The translations under genes were made by a program, and so were the position numbers. This document shows, piece after piece, positions 12,029 to 25,236 of a stretch of 64,000 nt of DNA. The stretch comes from Camelus dromedarius (Eukaryota), in the NCBI RefSeq assembly GCF_036321535.1, contig NC_087437.1, forward strand, positions 34,474,001 through 34,538,000, read 5' to 3'. Position 1 is the first letter of the stretch. The number at the start of each line of letters is the position of its first letter. The notes below the pieces were generated by a model. It saw nothing but the letters and a program-made list of their open reading frames with translations, had not been told where the DNA came from and did no database searches.

Positions 12029-14605
12029 TTCCTGTCAAGAGAAAAAGGTACTTTAAGTCTACAAATAACAAGGACACATGCACATATGAAATAACAAGTT
12101 AATTCCTAGCAAAATTACATTCTTCAATTCATACTCCCAGGTGGCTCAATGATAGTTTCTAAAATAAGTGACTAAACTTCTAACTGTTTCATAAATTTCT
12201 TAGCTTCTTGAATGGAATACTAGTATGTCTGCTTAAAGCACTGGATCAGCATAGTATAATATTGTGAAGCAATACTAATTTAAAGAATTAGAAGGGAAAA
12301 ACATTTCTGAGTTCTTGCAACAAAAAAAGCTTGAAAGATGGAAGTGTTGATTGTGGTAACTATGAATTACTGACCACTAGAGCATTAGTGGTAAAGAACA
12401 CCATTAGTCATCTTTCCTTCATGAAAGAAATCCACCAACAGTTCTGAGACCCCCTCTGACACAAATAACAACCTCTCAACAAGCCATTATTGACATTTCC
12501 AACAACAGAAGCCTGACGTTTTTTCATCCTACCACCTCACAGTCTTCCTTTATACCTAATCCTCACTGCAAGCCACAATCCCTCAAAACTTACTTTGCTC
12601 TGATACAGAAAAATCAAATTGTACCACTGTTTGAAGAACCATAAAAAGCAAGACAAAACCCAAGTGCCATTCATGTAAAATATAAAGCTTACTAAATCCT
12701 CCTCTATAAAAACTAACTTTTAAAAGTTTGAGAAAACAACATCTACAAATAACTACTTTTAATAAACATAAAAACCTCTTTAGACTTAGGTCTGTGTGCC
12801 TTACCTTCACCATTTGCAAAAGCAAACTCTTACTCGTTCAAGTCTCAACTTGATTCCCACCTCCTCCCCAGATTAGGTCCTCTGTTAATCTCACTGAGCA
12901 CACTGCACTACTACTTTCTAGCACTTAGCTGAATTTTACTTAAAAGAATTTTGTAACATTTTTCTATATATTAGAATATAAGCCTGCAATAAGGGCAGGA
13001 ATTGTGTCTGAGTGCAGAACTTGACACACAATAGGCATTCACTCCATATTGGCTGAATAAACACTACCCCTTAAGAGACCAATGTTAATAAAATGTCAAA
13101 TCTTAGTTTTGTAAAATCTTTGCTCAGGAAAAGTTCTATCAAGAGTCCATCGGAAAATATTCCATTCAGATTGACAATATTAATAACCCTAATGAGCCAA
13201 GATGTGGCAGAGACCAAGAAGCTTGAACTGTGAAGCATTCCAGGAAACAAAAGTAATTGGGCAACAGTACAGAAGATGACATTCACTGCAAATAAATTCA
13301 AGTGCCTACATGTTGAGAAATCTTTATGACTACAACTATACCTAACAGAGCTCTGAAATCATAGGAAAACCACACAAGAAAAACAAACATTTTCTCAGTT
13401 TATTTCAGTGATGTCAGAATTCATAATGAAGGAATAAACAGAACAGCACTTTGCAAGGAAGGAATAAAATTTGAGCAGTGGACATATATTCAATTTAGAT
13501 TTAATATTAAAGCTATTTAATGCTTAAGTACCAAAAATTGGCCCTAAAACAGAATCCAACCTTTCCCTCCAAAGTCCTATATTTATCAAAAAATTAGAAA
13601 ACAACATTTTCCCTGGGAACCCATTTAAGGACCCCCAAAAGCTCAACTTTATTGTAAAAAGAGTATCTCTTGAATTTACATAAAATGGAAGCAAATATGG
13701 TCTCAAAAGTTACTTCCATAGCATGTAAAAGTTAATAAAATTTTATCAGAAATATGTAGATAATTTGAAGTACATTAATCAAATCTGTTCTCAGACTACC
13801 TTCTTCCAGATGATTTATTAAAAACTGGTTTTAGGCAACAAATTCATGAGAAGTGAGAAATGGCTAACAGAAGTAAGCCTGGGTTGAAAATAACTTGTAA
13901 GGCCAGGAACTTTCTGACTCTGGTTGCTGCCCGAGACACAGAAAACATAGGTGGCTATCTTGCTTAGGGGGGTTGTTCTTCCAGAAACTAGTAAGAAATT
14001 TTATGCACCAGAAATTTTCCATAACCAGCCTAGACTCTTGAGCAGGCGGGAAAGGAGCAAAAAAATGTTTCCTATGAACATTTTCTGGGATGAGTATCTT
14101 TAATTTAGGTACTCTGTGTGTGTGTAACAATAATACTGGAAACTAAAAGACAAGCAATTCTTCAATATTCTCTGGAAAATAGGGAAATTATACACCCAGA
14201 GAAAGTAAGTAAGTTTTGAAGGTAGACTAAAGGTAGTTTGACATGAAAAGTCTCAAAAATGAACCACCCCTCACCCACTCTTTCTAAAGAAACTCCTGCA
14301 GGGAGGGAAAAAACGTAAGAATTCTCACCAGGATAACTGTGAAATGAAGTCCTGAATGTTTGTGCAGCAAGTGTAGAGGAAAACTTGGAGGAAGAAGAGA
14401 GAAATCCAGAAGGAATGTCTAAGTAAATAAAAAGAACTGATAATATTTCATGTGTCTTAACATATTGAGAGGTAACAAGAAAACTAAATTTAGAGAAAAG
14501 TGACAGAATCATGTAAAGAGAAAATACTATATAGTACATGATACTGTTCAGTTGTCTTATTAGTCATAAATATTAAGTAATGATTTTACCAAAAAGTATG
14601 ACTTT

Positions 14606-14998
14606 TATGGATTGAATGTTTGTGTCTCCTCAAAATTCGTATGTTGAAATCCTAACCCTTAATGCAATGGTATTAGGAGGTACAGCTTTTGGGAGGTAAT
14701 GAGGCCATGAGATTGGAGCACTCTTGAAAGAGATTAGTGCCCTTTCAAGGAGAGATACAGGGCTTGCTCCCTGTCTTTCTCTACTATCTGCCATGTGAAG
14801 ACACAGCAGGAAGATGGCCATCTGCAAACCAGGAACAGCTTTTGCCAGAACCCAACCATGCCAACATCCTGATCTTGGAATTCCCAGCCTCCAAAACTGC
14901 AAGAAATAAATGTTTGTTGTGTAAGCCACCTAGTCTACAGTATCTTTTTTTTTTTTTTTAAGTCATGGTATTTTTGTTATAACAGCCCAAACTAAGAA
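14606..14998 (+). mobile_element. MaLR solo LTR (MLT1A-like)
   Basis: tatggattgaatgtttgtgtc...aaaattcgtatgttgaaatcctaacc...gccatgtgaagacacagc...ttcccagcctccaaaactgcaagaaataaatg motifs. Confidence 0.8.
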
Positions 14999-15397
14999 AA
15001 TGACAAAATTATATTGAGAGGAGGGAGGAGGAGGGAATAAGGGAAGGTTTCACAGTGTTTAAGAACTAATCTTACAAGAAGTCAGTACATATCTAGAAGT
15101 GAAAAAATCAAGAAACCACATTAAAGACAAATTATTTAGAAATAGAGAAGCAATACCAAAAGAAATAGTTAAAAAGAAATGGAAGTGACTGCTTCTGGAG
15201 AGCAAGAATCAAAAGTGGGGAGAGTGAGGGGAGGAGGCTGCTGTTTCTCATTATAAACCTAATTCTGCTGTCTTACTTTCAACTATTATCATACTATTAA
15301 AAATTTAAAGAAATAAAGACAATCCCATATGCATCAAGGCAGAAAAGTAAGATGCCTAAAAAGAAAACAAAAACATAATGGTCTCAAAATTCTCTTG

Positions 15398-15750
15398 GGA
15401 GACTATAATTTCCAAAAATGGCCACAACAGTTAGCTCCCACATATGCTCGTTTGTGATGTGACTTTGCATACTCCCCCATCAAGAGATGAAATCTATTCT
15501 CCTCTTAAAAAGATCTGGGCAGGATATATAACTGCTTTGACCAACAGTATATAGTACAAGTGACAGTTCTGGGTATAGACCTTAGCTAGCCTGGCAGATT
15601 GCTGCCTCTTCACTATATAAAAAGTCTAAGCTACCTTGCAGCAAGAGAGACCAAGTGGAGAAGCAATGAGGTGCCAGACACATTACTGAAAAAGTCATCT
15701 TGGACATGCAGCCATCCAAACCTTCAGATGGTTTTTACACAGCTGTAGAT
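15398..15750 (+). mobile_element. Old MaLR LTR fragment (MLT1H-like)
   Basis: aaaatggccaca...gatgtgacttt...cccatcaagagatgaaatctatt...actgctttgaccaa motifs; boundaries approximate. Confidence 0.55.
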
Positions 15751-16130
15751 AACGAGAACATCTCCAAAGCAAAAAGGAATGCTAAAAGACAATGTAGCAA
15801 TCAATGTTCACAAGGGTCTAGAAGGAAAAGTATATGACCAAAGAATTCTCTATCCAGCCAAGATGCAATTTATTCATGTGAAATAATATAAATACTCTTA
15901 GCAAAATCTACAGGGTTTAAAAAAAAGTTCTATAGGGCAGAGTTGAAGCCAAATACCTTCATTACAAAACAAAAAAAGTAATATAGAAAGGATTCATCTT
16001 TAAAAAAAAATGGAGGGGGGGACCAATCTAGGAAAATTAGAAGAAATGACGAATATGAAAAGAGAAAATTGTTAGACTTGATAGATCCAAGAGCTGGCTC
16101 TTTAAATAAGTAAACAAGCCATTAGCTATC

Positions 16131-16633
16131 TGTGATAGGCAGCTTCCAAGATGGCCCCCAATGACCTCCACCTCCTGGTGGTCACATCCTTTTATAATCT
16201 TCTCCTGAGTGTGGGCTGGACCCAGTAACTTGCTTCTAACAGAATACAGCAGAAGTGACAGGCTATCACATCCAAGATTTTGTAATAAAAGGCCATGGCT
16301 CTGACTCTCTCTTCACCTCTCTTAGATCACTCTCACTGAGGGACGCAAGATGCCATGTTGTAAGGAGATCAAGGTCCACTGGTGTGGCAAGAAACTAAGG
16401 CCTCTAATTTAACATCCTCCAAGAAACTGAAGCCTCAAACAACTACATAGTAAGCTTGGAAGAAGATATCTCAGTTCCAGTAAAATCCTGGAATGACTGC
16501 AACCTCACGAGAGACGATGGGCCGGAGGCAGTCAGCTAAGTTGCTCCTAGGTTTCTGACCCAAAGAAACTGAATTTTTGTTGCTTCAGGCTGCTAAGATT
16601 TGGGATAGTTATGCAGCAATAGATTACTATACT
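16131..16633 (+). mobile_element. MaLR solo LTR (MLT1F-like)
   Basis: tgtgataggcagcttccaagatggcccccaatga...gagtgtgggctggacc...ttatgcagcaatagattacta termini. Confidence 0.75.
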
Positions 16634-16979
16634 ATCTCAAACAAGGGGGGAAAGGAAGAAACAACAAATGTACCAAGTTAGCATTAAAAAAAGGAAATAA
16701 ACCAAACATAGAAAAAGCCAGAATGATAGAGAATAACTTACATAATTCTATGTTACTTTATTCGAAAATCTACAAGAAATTATTCTGTGTCAGTTCAAAT
16801 ACCAAAACTGCCTGGAAAAGATAAAGCAAACCCTGAGAGAAATTCACAAGTTGGAAAAGTGCTACTCTGGAAAAAGGGGGGGGGGGGGGGCAAGCTTCTC
16901 TAGTGAGTCAATTCAAGTGGTAAAGAAACAATTTCTTGTTCAACTGCTCCAGAACACAAGATGGAAACTTCACCATTTT

Positions 16980-17127
16980 CTTTTAATTTTTCTTTTCTTT
17001 TTTTGGCGGGGGAGTAATTAGGTTTATTTATTTTTAGCTTTTTTTTTTCAAATGGAGGTACTGGGGATTGAACCCAGGACCCTCATGCATGCTGGGCATG
17101 CGCTCTAGCACTGAGCTATACCCTCCC
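16980..17127 (-). mobile_element. Camelid tRNA-derived SINE (Vic-type)
   Basis: Reverse complement of gggagggtatagctcagtg...gggttcaatccccagtacctccatt with T-rich tail on +. Confidence 0.85.
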
Positions 17128-17486
17128 TTTCTCCCTGCAAATTGTTTTGAAGATAGTATAATACCATTCCAAAACCTGACAACACAAACTAAAAACAGAC
17201 CAATTTCAAAAATGATTACTGATGTAAAATCCTAAACACAGTATTAGCAATAAATCAATCCTGAAGACATTAAAAGAATACAGTACAGGACCAAATAAGG
17301 TTCTTCCCAGAAATGTAAAGTTAATTCAATAACAGAAAATTACTCAATCAGGTCAATGGAGAAAACTGCACTATCACATTAGATGTGAAAAATGCACATA
17401 ATATAAAAACCAATAAGCACAGTCCACACAGACAGTGAAATGGTGGTTGCCCAGAGCTAGAGGGCGGAGGGTTGGAGAGTTACTGT

Positions 17487-17686
17487 NNNNNNNNNNNNNN
17501 NNNNNNNNNNNNNNNNNNNNNNNNNNNNNNNNNNNNNNNNNNNNNNNNNNNNNNNNNNNNNNNNNNNNNNNNNNNNNNNNNNNNNNNNNNNNNNNNNNNN
17601 NNNNNNNNNNNNNNNNNNNNNNNNNNNNNNNNNNNNNNNNNNNNNNNNNNNNNNNNNNNNNNNNNNNNNNNNNNNNNNNNNNNNNN
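17487..17686. other. Assembly gap (exactly 200 N)
   Basis: Run of N; left flank resembles an L1 3' region. Confidence 0.99.
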
Positions 17687-18293
17687 CTTTACTGAAGAAT
17701 CATGGCTAATATATAAAGAATGACAGAATTATAAAGTCACCATTTTGCAGTTCCTAGTAACATAAGGGACCCAGGTAATGATCATCAATGACTGACTGAA
17801 AATGATTACATGAAAGATGGATGAGTAACTTTATAACTATCAGCTAAAATAGGCTGGTAACACTTGGGCTCACTTATCAATCTTAATCACTAGATGTAGG
17901 ACAAGCAGTATGTGTCTCCTCATGTGACTCATTAGTGCATTAAGCATTCTTACCTAAAGACTGAACCTGATCTACCAGTTTATAGGAAAGTAGCCTCTAC
18001 TACCAGTTTGTAGGAAACACGGAGGAAGATAGTTACTTTCTCTTTCATGAACAGATCAGTGTTCAGAAAAAACCCTCATGCTGTGATTGTGACATTTTAA
18101 ATTGTCTCTTTCCCAAACTTAATGAAAGCATGAGATGATATGGTATATGATTAAATAGCACACTCGCTGTTTGATCTTGGATAATTCATTTGTTTATACC
18201 ACAGTTTCTTAATCTGTCAAATGGGACTAATTCTTAATTTCACAGAGTTACAGTATTATCCTTTTACTCAGATAAACAAGATGTTTTTCTTAC

Positions 18294-18398
18294 CTTATCC
18301 AAGAGGTGTATTATCATTGGTACAAGATTGGCATCAATTACTGCCTGAACCTGCTGCTGATTTCCTGCGGTGATGTTAGAGAGGAACCACACTGCTTC
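18294..18398 (-). CDS. KPNA4: KPNA4 (importin alpha-3) exon 13, last exon visible
   Basis: 105 nt, phase 0-0, AG/GT flanks; [35 protein letters not shown]. Confidence 0.96.
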
Positions 18399-18947
18399 CT
18401 GTAGAACAAGACCCCTTCAATATTCCTCATTAAAAAATAAAACCTGCATCTGAACTAAGAAAAAATACATTCACTACAATGTCCAAATTATTTTATTATG
18501 GAATGAGTTCCATAATAAAAAGCTTAGGAATCTGAACTCCCCTATCCCCTTTCCATATTTTTTTGGACAAACTGCTAATGGCCCTAGTCTAAGTCATAAT
18601 GAACTAATAACAAATTCTCAAAAGCAATGTTCCCAAACACTTATACTCAAAAGAAGCTTGGTTGAACAAATACTAAGGAACTAATGAGCTATAATACAAA
18701 TACAAATCCTAAAACAACTGTGAACGAGATTCAGCATCCTTCTCACATGATGTGCTTTATTCGCTATTCTATTCTGATCAAGAGTCCTAGCCAAAGCAGA
18801 TAAATCTCTCGATTTTCCGTGATAATGGAGACACGAAAAATGAAACAATGGATTGTTTTAGTATACTTATTTGTAATAGTCGTTCATTGCACCGTTTCTC
18901 TCCAGAGGTAAAGCAGAATCGGATGTTTGATTGCTTTACTGGTCTAC

Positions 18948-19073
18948 ATTTTTTTTAAACCCCCCTTTTTTTGGGGGGGGGCATTTGTTTATTTAATGGA
19001 GGTACTGGGGACTGAACCCAGAACCTCATGCATGCTAAGCATGCACTGTACCATTGAGCTATACCCTCCCCTT
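18948..19073 (-). mobile_element. Camelid tRNA-derived SINE (Vic-type) with TSD
   Basis: Same consensus; flanked by direct repeat tggtctac (18940-18947, 19074-19081). Confidence 0.88.
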
Positions 19074-19356
19074 TGGTCTACCTTAATGATCTTTTCATGT
19101 TACCCTTTATATCACAACAGTGCTACTTTTACCAAGATGATTACAAGTTTTTTTTTAAACCAGTTTCATAGATAATAAATAAATGCACACTGAAATCACA
19201 AAATGAAATAAGACAAAATATCTACCTATGTGGGATATTACTATAATTTACCAAACTTAATAAATTTTCAAACATATGAATTTACTAAAGGGAAACATTT
19301 TCTCTGTTTTAAAAAACTAGTAAAGAAGTTTTACTCCTAGTGTGCAGCAGGCTCTT

Positions 19357-19542
19357 CTGGATCAGATCACAGGACCATATTTAATGAACCTGTTAGAGAT
19401 TTTAGGGTGCTAGGCTACTCAGGTGAGCTGTTCTTGGGTTATAATCATTGGCAATGTTGTAATCAACAACCCATGTATTTCTACAACAGCCTCAGATGCA
19501 CTCCAATATCAGCATCACCAGTCAGTGCCCCCTTTCCATAGC

Positions 19543-19604
<62 letters not shown>

Positions 19605-19723
19605 TCTCTCTCTCTGTTAAGTAGCTTTAAGTATTAAATTTTTACTAATTACTTAACTTACATATTAAAAATTTCCAATCATACAATATTCAACACCCAG
19701 TTATCTCTATTTCATCATTTCCA
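19357..19723 (-). ncRNA. SCARNA7: Box C/D small Cajal-body RNA SCARNA7 (U90) in KPNA4 intron 12
   Basis: Sense to host; box C ATGATGA 19718-19712; box D CTGA 19365-19362; flanking terminal stem gctct..tgga / tcca..agagc; GGAGTGCA(T) guide before internal CTGA (19504-19492) is complementary to U1 UGCACUCC and the D+5 rule selects A70; internal (GU)28 tract; KPNA4 is the known host gene. Confidence 0.93.
19545..19600. repeat. (CA)28 microsatellite, the GU tract of SCARNA7
   Basis: 56-nt perfect dinucleotide repeat followed by a short CT run. Confidence 0.98.
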
Positions 19724-19839
19724 AGAGAGCCAAATTTGCACTGGTTTGTTTTATATACAGAAAATCATGTACTAATTCATGTTATAAAGTGTAAAATATT
19801 CTATCTTCTCTTAATTTTTTCCCCAAATCCCTAATTTTA

Positions 19840-20055
<216 letters not shown>

Positions 20056-20309
20056 CTATGTGAAATATTCCTTATTACCACAGAGGTATGTTAGGCAGGT
20101 TATGAAAGATACATTCATTCATTCATGCCAGCCTATCCTTTTTGAGCAAGCTGTGTCCGACGCTGATTTAGAACAGAGGAGTGAATAGGACAGACACAAA
20201 TTCTAGCTCTTACAGAGCTTCCATTACTGTAGGAGGAGACAGCTAATAAACAAACAAGAAGGATAATTTTAGATAGTAATTATGGCCATAAATAAAATAC
20301 AATAGTACC

Positions 20310-21430
20310 AGTTTTTGTGTGAACATGTGTTTCCAATTCTCTTGGGGAGATAACTGGGAGTATCATACGACTTGCTGGGTCATATGATAACTCTATGAGT
20401 AACTTTTCCAGGTACTGTCAAACTTCCCAAGAGACTGCACCATTTTACATTCCCACCAGCAGAGTCTGAGGATTCTACTTTCTCTATATCCTTGCCAACA
20501 CCTGTTACTGTCTTTTTGATCACAGCCATCCTGGTGGGTATGAAGTGGTACTTCATCATGGCTTTGACCTGCATTTCCTTAATGACTAATGATGCTGAAC
20601 ATCAACTCATGTGCTACTGACCATCTGTATGTTTTCTTTGGAGAATGCTATTCAAATCTTTTAAACCATTTTTAAATTGGGTTGCCATTTTCTGTTGTTA
20701 AGTTGTAAGAGTTCTTTATGTATTTTGGATAGAAATTTCTTTTCAGATGTATGATTTGCAATTATTCTCTTCCATTCTGTAGGTTGTCTTTTCACTTTCT
20801 TGACGGTTTCCTTAGAAGTTTTTAATTTTGGTTAAGTCCTATTATCTTTTTTCTTGGTTGCTTGTGGTGTCATATCTAAGAAACTACTGCCTAATCCAAC
20901 GTCATGTTTTCGTCAAAGAAAAAAGGTTTATACTTTTAGCTCTTATATTTAGGTGTTTGACTCATTTTGAGTTAATTTTTTAAATATGCTGTGAAGTAGG
21001 GATCCAACTTCATTCTTTTACGTATGGATATACAGTATTCTTGAGCCATTTGTTGAAAAGACTATTCTTTGCTCACTGAATTTTCTTAGCACCCCTGGTG
21101 AAAATCAACTGACCATAAGTAAATGAGTTTATTTCGGGGCCCTTGATTCTATTTCATTGATCTATATGTCTATCCTTATGCCAGTATCAAAAAGTCTTGT
21201 TTCCTAGCTTTGCAGTCAAGTTTTGAAATAAGAAGTCCTCAAACTTGGTTCTTTTTCAGGACTGTTTTGGCTATTAGCTTGTAAGTTTCTGCAAAAAAAA
21301 CCCCTGGGATTTTAATAGCAACTGCATTTAACCTGTAGATGAATTTGGGGAGCACTGCCATCCTAATAACACTAAGTCTTCCAATCCACGAATATGGATG
21401 TCTTTCCACTTATTTAGGATTTTTAAATTT
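20310..21430 (-). mobile_element. Old L1 fragment (ORF2 3' part)
   Basis: ccattttacattcccaccagcag...catttgttgaaaagact motifs; ORF remnant YHFIPTRMAVIKKT. Confidence 0.85.
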
Positions 21431-22153
21431 TTTTCAAAAATATTTTGAAGTGACTCAGCTTCTTTAACAAATCAATAGGGGAAAGAAAAAAAGGAGAAGA
21501 AAGTTACAGAGTAGCAGAAACCTGAAGACAGCTACCAAATGCAATGTGTTGACCTTGTTTGGGTACTGATTTAGTCAAACTGAAAAAAATATGAAGCAAT
21601 CAGTAAAATTTGGATACTGAAAGGATTTTAACATTAATATTTTTTAAAGTGCTCTAACGGTATTGTGGTCATGTTAAAAATATCCTTACTTTTTGGAGAT
21701 GCAAGCCGAATGAAATTATATGATATCTGGGATTTGTGTCAAAATAATATGGAGGGGAAGGAAAGAAACAGAGAAAACCTACACGGTTCACTATACTATT
21801 CTTTCTGTGTTCCTAAATTATGGCATGAAAGTTGAAAAAAATGTTTTAAATCTCTATTAGTTATCAGGCAAAGTACAGAACATTAACTTTCCTTGAGAGC
21901 TGGCTAAAGTAAAAGTACAAGCTCTATTTTCCCAATGAAGCCCAGAAATAAAACTGAAGATGCATTCTGAAAAAAACAAAAACAAAATACAAACCAAAAA
22001 CCTATAGCAAGACATAAGTACCACATTCAAGAAATGCAAACTTAATGATAAGAATCTGGTAGGAATGTTTTAAATAAGCCACAAATGCCTCCAAATGACA
22101 AATTATTCTATTAATCAATTCTTTCTGAATTTAAAGTGCTTTAAGTTTTAAGG

Positions 22154-22340
22154 CAGTGGGTTTCCATTCTGACAGTATATGAATATAACCTGAAGAGCTT
22201 TTGAAAGCCCAGGTTCCCAGAAAATACCCCAGATTTACTGAAACAGAATTTCTAGGAATTATACAAGAGAAATAAACTAGATTTTTAAATTTAAGCTTCA
22301 CATAGTTGACTTCAGTGTCCAGCCAGGTTGATAAATAGTG
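22154..22340. mobile_element. MER5-like hAT MITE, degenerate
   Basis: cagtgg start, ccccagatttactgaaacagaatttctagg core, cagccaggttga end. Confidence 0.55.
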
Positions 22341-23091
22341 AATCAGGTTAACAGCTTTTCTTGTGCTATTACCGTATTTTACAGACTTTCAGTCATTATA
22401 ATATTAAAGCTCATTATTTACCTCAGAAGGGTAGGGAGAGCTTTCGGCAACTCCCTTTGCCACTGTAGTTTGACAGTTACTGCTTATAATATTTGTGTAA
22501 ACTTTTCACCTTCTCTTTTCTGGCTCTTTTTAGATGAAGGTTCTTTGAGATATTTATGTGGAAGGATTTTAAAAGAATAAAAATTAAAGAAAAATATTTT
22601 AAACAAATGAAAGGAAATAATTTGGGAAGCCCCTAAGCACCATATTTCAGTACAAAGCCTTTATTGTAGTGCAGTGGAGCTATACATTAACTAAACTTGC
22701 CAGGTGCAGTGGAGGAGAGTAAAAAAGGACAGCTGGGGAGGAGTAGAAGAGTGGAAGAAAAACAGGTAGAGTAGGAAAAATTAAATTATCAATACTTACT
22801 TCAGATGCTACCCAAGGTGTTATATGAATTGCCCTGGTCTACATTAGAAATTGGTACTTTACAAAGAAGTAAACTTTTTTGGGGGGGTGGGGAGTAGTTT
22901 GTGTTGAACTATAGTAATCTTACCTAATTTTCTCCATTTTCAAAATGAGGATATAGTAACTCGATCTTTTTATCATAGATTTGTTGTTATTAGTTTAAAA
23001 ATATACTTTAAGCTACTGAAATTGTCCATGTTTGAATGTCATGAACAAATAGTGGTAAGAAAAACTTACATTTTTATAAATAAAAACTCAC

Positions 23092-23223
23092 CTGAACTTT
23101 AACTTCCTGGTGGCTGAGCAGAGGAACCAAATGAGGGACTATTCCAGAGTCTATTACCATCTGTATCTGTTCATTGCCAGCATCAGTAAGGTAAGACAGG
23201 GCCCAAACTGTATCTACCAGTAT
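23092..23223 (-). CDS. KPNA4: KPNA4 exon 11
   Basis: 132 nt, phase 0-0; [44 protein letters not shown]. Confidence 0.97.
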
Positions 23224-24268
23224 CTAATGAATAAAATAAAAATTCAGATAGCCTCTGAACATTTTCTCATTTCAAAAATTCTTAACCATATGAACTAATT
23301 TATGATTGTTACACTACCTTCTTTCTTCTCTTCTCTATCACCTAAATTCATTAGAATCTTAATCTTCTCTAGTATAACTAAACATCATCATCTATGAGTC
23401 TGTATCAAGTACGTGCATCTTTTAGTCATATTTAGGATATTCAGGTTAATAATGATCCTGATCACAGACTGGTATTTAGTCTTAACTCACAAAGATACAA
23501 ACACACTACACAGCACATAAAATAGGAGAAAAAGACATTCTCTTCCTCAACTGTGCAGACTAAGGGATAACAGGTCAAAGGACACTGTGGTAAACGTATG
23601 TAGTTGGAAAGAGTATACGTATCCAACATATGCAGTGGTTCAAAACATCTGGGCTAGGTGAATATATTCAAAGTGTTCTCACATCAGTACCATGTTGTTA
23701 TGTCTAAAGCCAATACTCCTGTATTAGGATTACAGTATTTTCATCTTTTCTAACCAGTGTGCTTTGCCTTATAAAACTAGAGGCAACTTCCCAAATAGCA
23801 GCAGTCTCCTACAGCTGCAGATCAAAACAATGAAAGCAATCATAGGTCAACCTGTGAGATGTATAATCAAAAAACATGTTCTAGAAGAAAGAAAAGAAGG
23901 AAAGAAAGAAAACAAGGAAGGAGAGAAAGAGGCAAGGAGGAAGGGAAGGAAGAAACGAAGAAAGACAACAGGTAATTTATACCAGCTGCCAAAACCACTT
24001 AAAAAAAAAGAAGCCCCTGTAGTTAACTTCTAATTTGATCATATTTTGAAGTATAGCAGGCCACTGCGTTTCATCTCTCTTTGTATGTTAAGTCCTAATT
24101 AGAAGTTATGCAAAAGGAAGTATGACAAACAACTGTTAAATTGCTAAATAATAGAATTATTGACAAAGACACAAGAATAATTGTGCCTGACTCTTTACTT
24201 CCAAAGCCTTTCTGGGATACAGACTCTGTGTCAAAAGACAAGCCAAAAAAGTCTGAAACCTTTTAAAT

Positions 24269-24394
24269 CCTTTTTTTCGGGGGAGGAGGAATACTTAGGT
24301 TTATTTATTTATTTAATGGAGGTACTGGGGATTGAACCCACGACCTCGTGCATGCTAGGCACGGACTCTACCACTGAGCTGTACCCTCCCACCA
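24269..24394 (-). mobile_element. Camelid tRNA-derived SINE (Vic-type) with TSD
   Basis: Same consensus; 13-bp TSD aaaccttttaaat (24256-24268, 24395-24407). Confidence 0.9.
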
Positions 24395-25205
24395 AAACCT
24401 TTTAAATTCTTAACCAACATTAGGTTTAAAAGGACCAAGAAGCTCCTAAAAGAAGAGAACAGCAGTTTGCCATTTTTCCTTTCAGAAATTCAAGAAAGTG
24501 CTATGGGTATTTTTAATGTAAAAAGAAGACACAAAATGAAAGAATTCACACATATAAAGTGGTATCAAAATATGTGAGACAACTAAATTTCAACTTACAA
24601 AAGTAACTATTTTTTTCTTTCTGGAGTACCAACATATGCCAAAATTTGTTGTTACAGGCAAAAAATTTCAAGTTACCTGGGCATGACTGCATGTAAAATT
24701 CAAATACATTTTTAGACTAAATATGCCATTAATATGCTCACATCAGAATCACTTCTTTATCTGCTATGATAAATTTATTAATTACAACTATAGTGTAATT
24801 TCAATGTTTCACTTATGGTTTGTTTGAAGCAGTTTTATTTTACTTTGTTAGCCTGATTTAAGAACTTGTTTTTAAGTATTTACCAAAACAGGTTTTGTTT
24901 TTAGTAAATATTATTATTTAGTAAAACATGCGACTAAAAAAGAAAAATGCAAACTGGCTTGAGAAATTCAAGATATATTAAGAGCAAGAAAAATGGAGTT
25001 ACAATCTCAAATGTACTGAGGTATACAAGTAGAAAAAACACAATACATCTTTGAATAAGGTCAATCAAGATGTCTAGTTTTCCAGTAGAGTTATAAGCTT
25101 TGAAATTAATATTTCTTGAAACTACTTTAAAAATAAAATATTAACATCTATAATTTAATTGAAGAATTTGGCTATAAGAAGCCAAAACTAAAAATTGCTT
25201 ACGTA

Positions 25206-25236
25206 TGTGTGTGTGTGTGTGTGTGTGTTTGTGTGT
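25206..25236. repeat. Interrupted (TG)n microsatellite
   Basis: tgtgtg...tttgtgtg. Confidence 0.9.

Noticed and set aside
17435..17723. Two ORFs crossing the N run
   Set aside because: Artefacts of translating Ns
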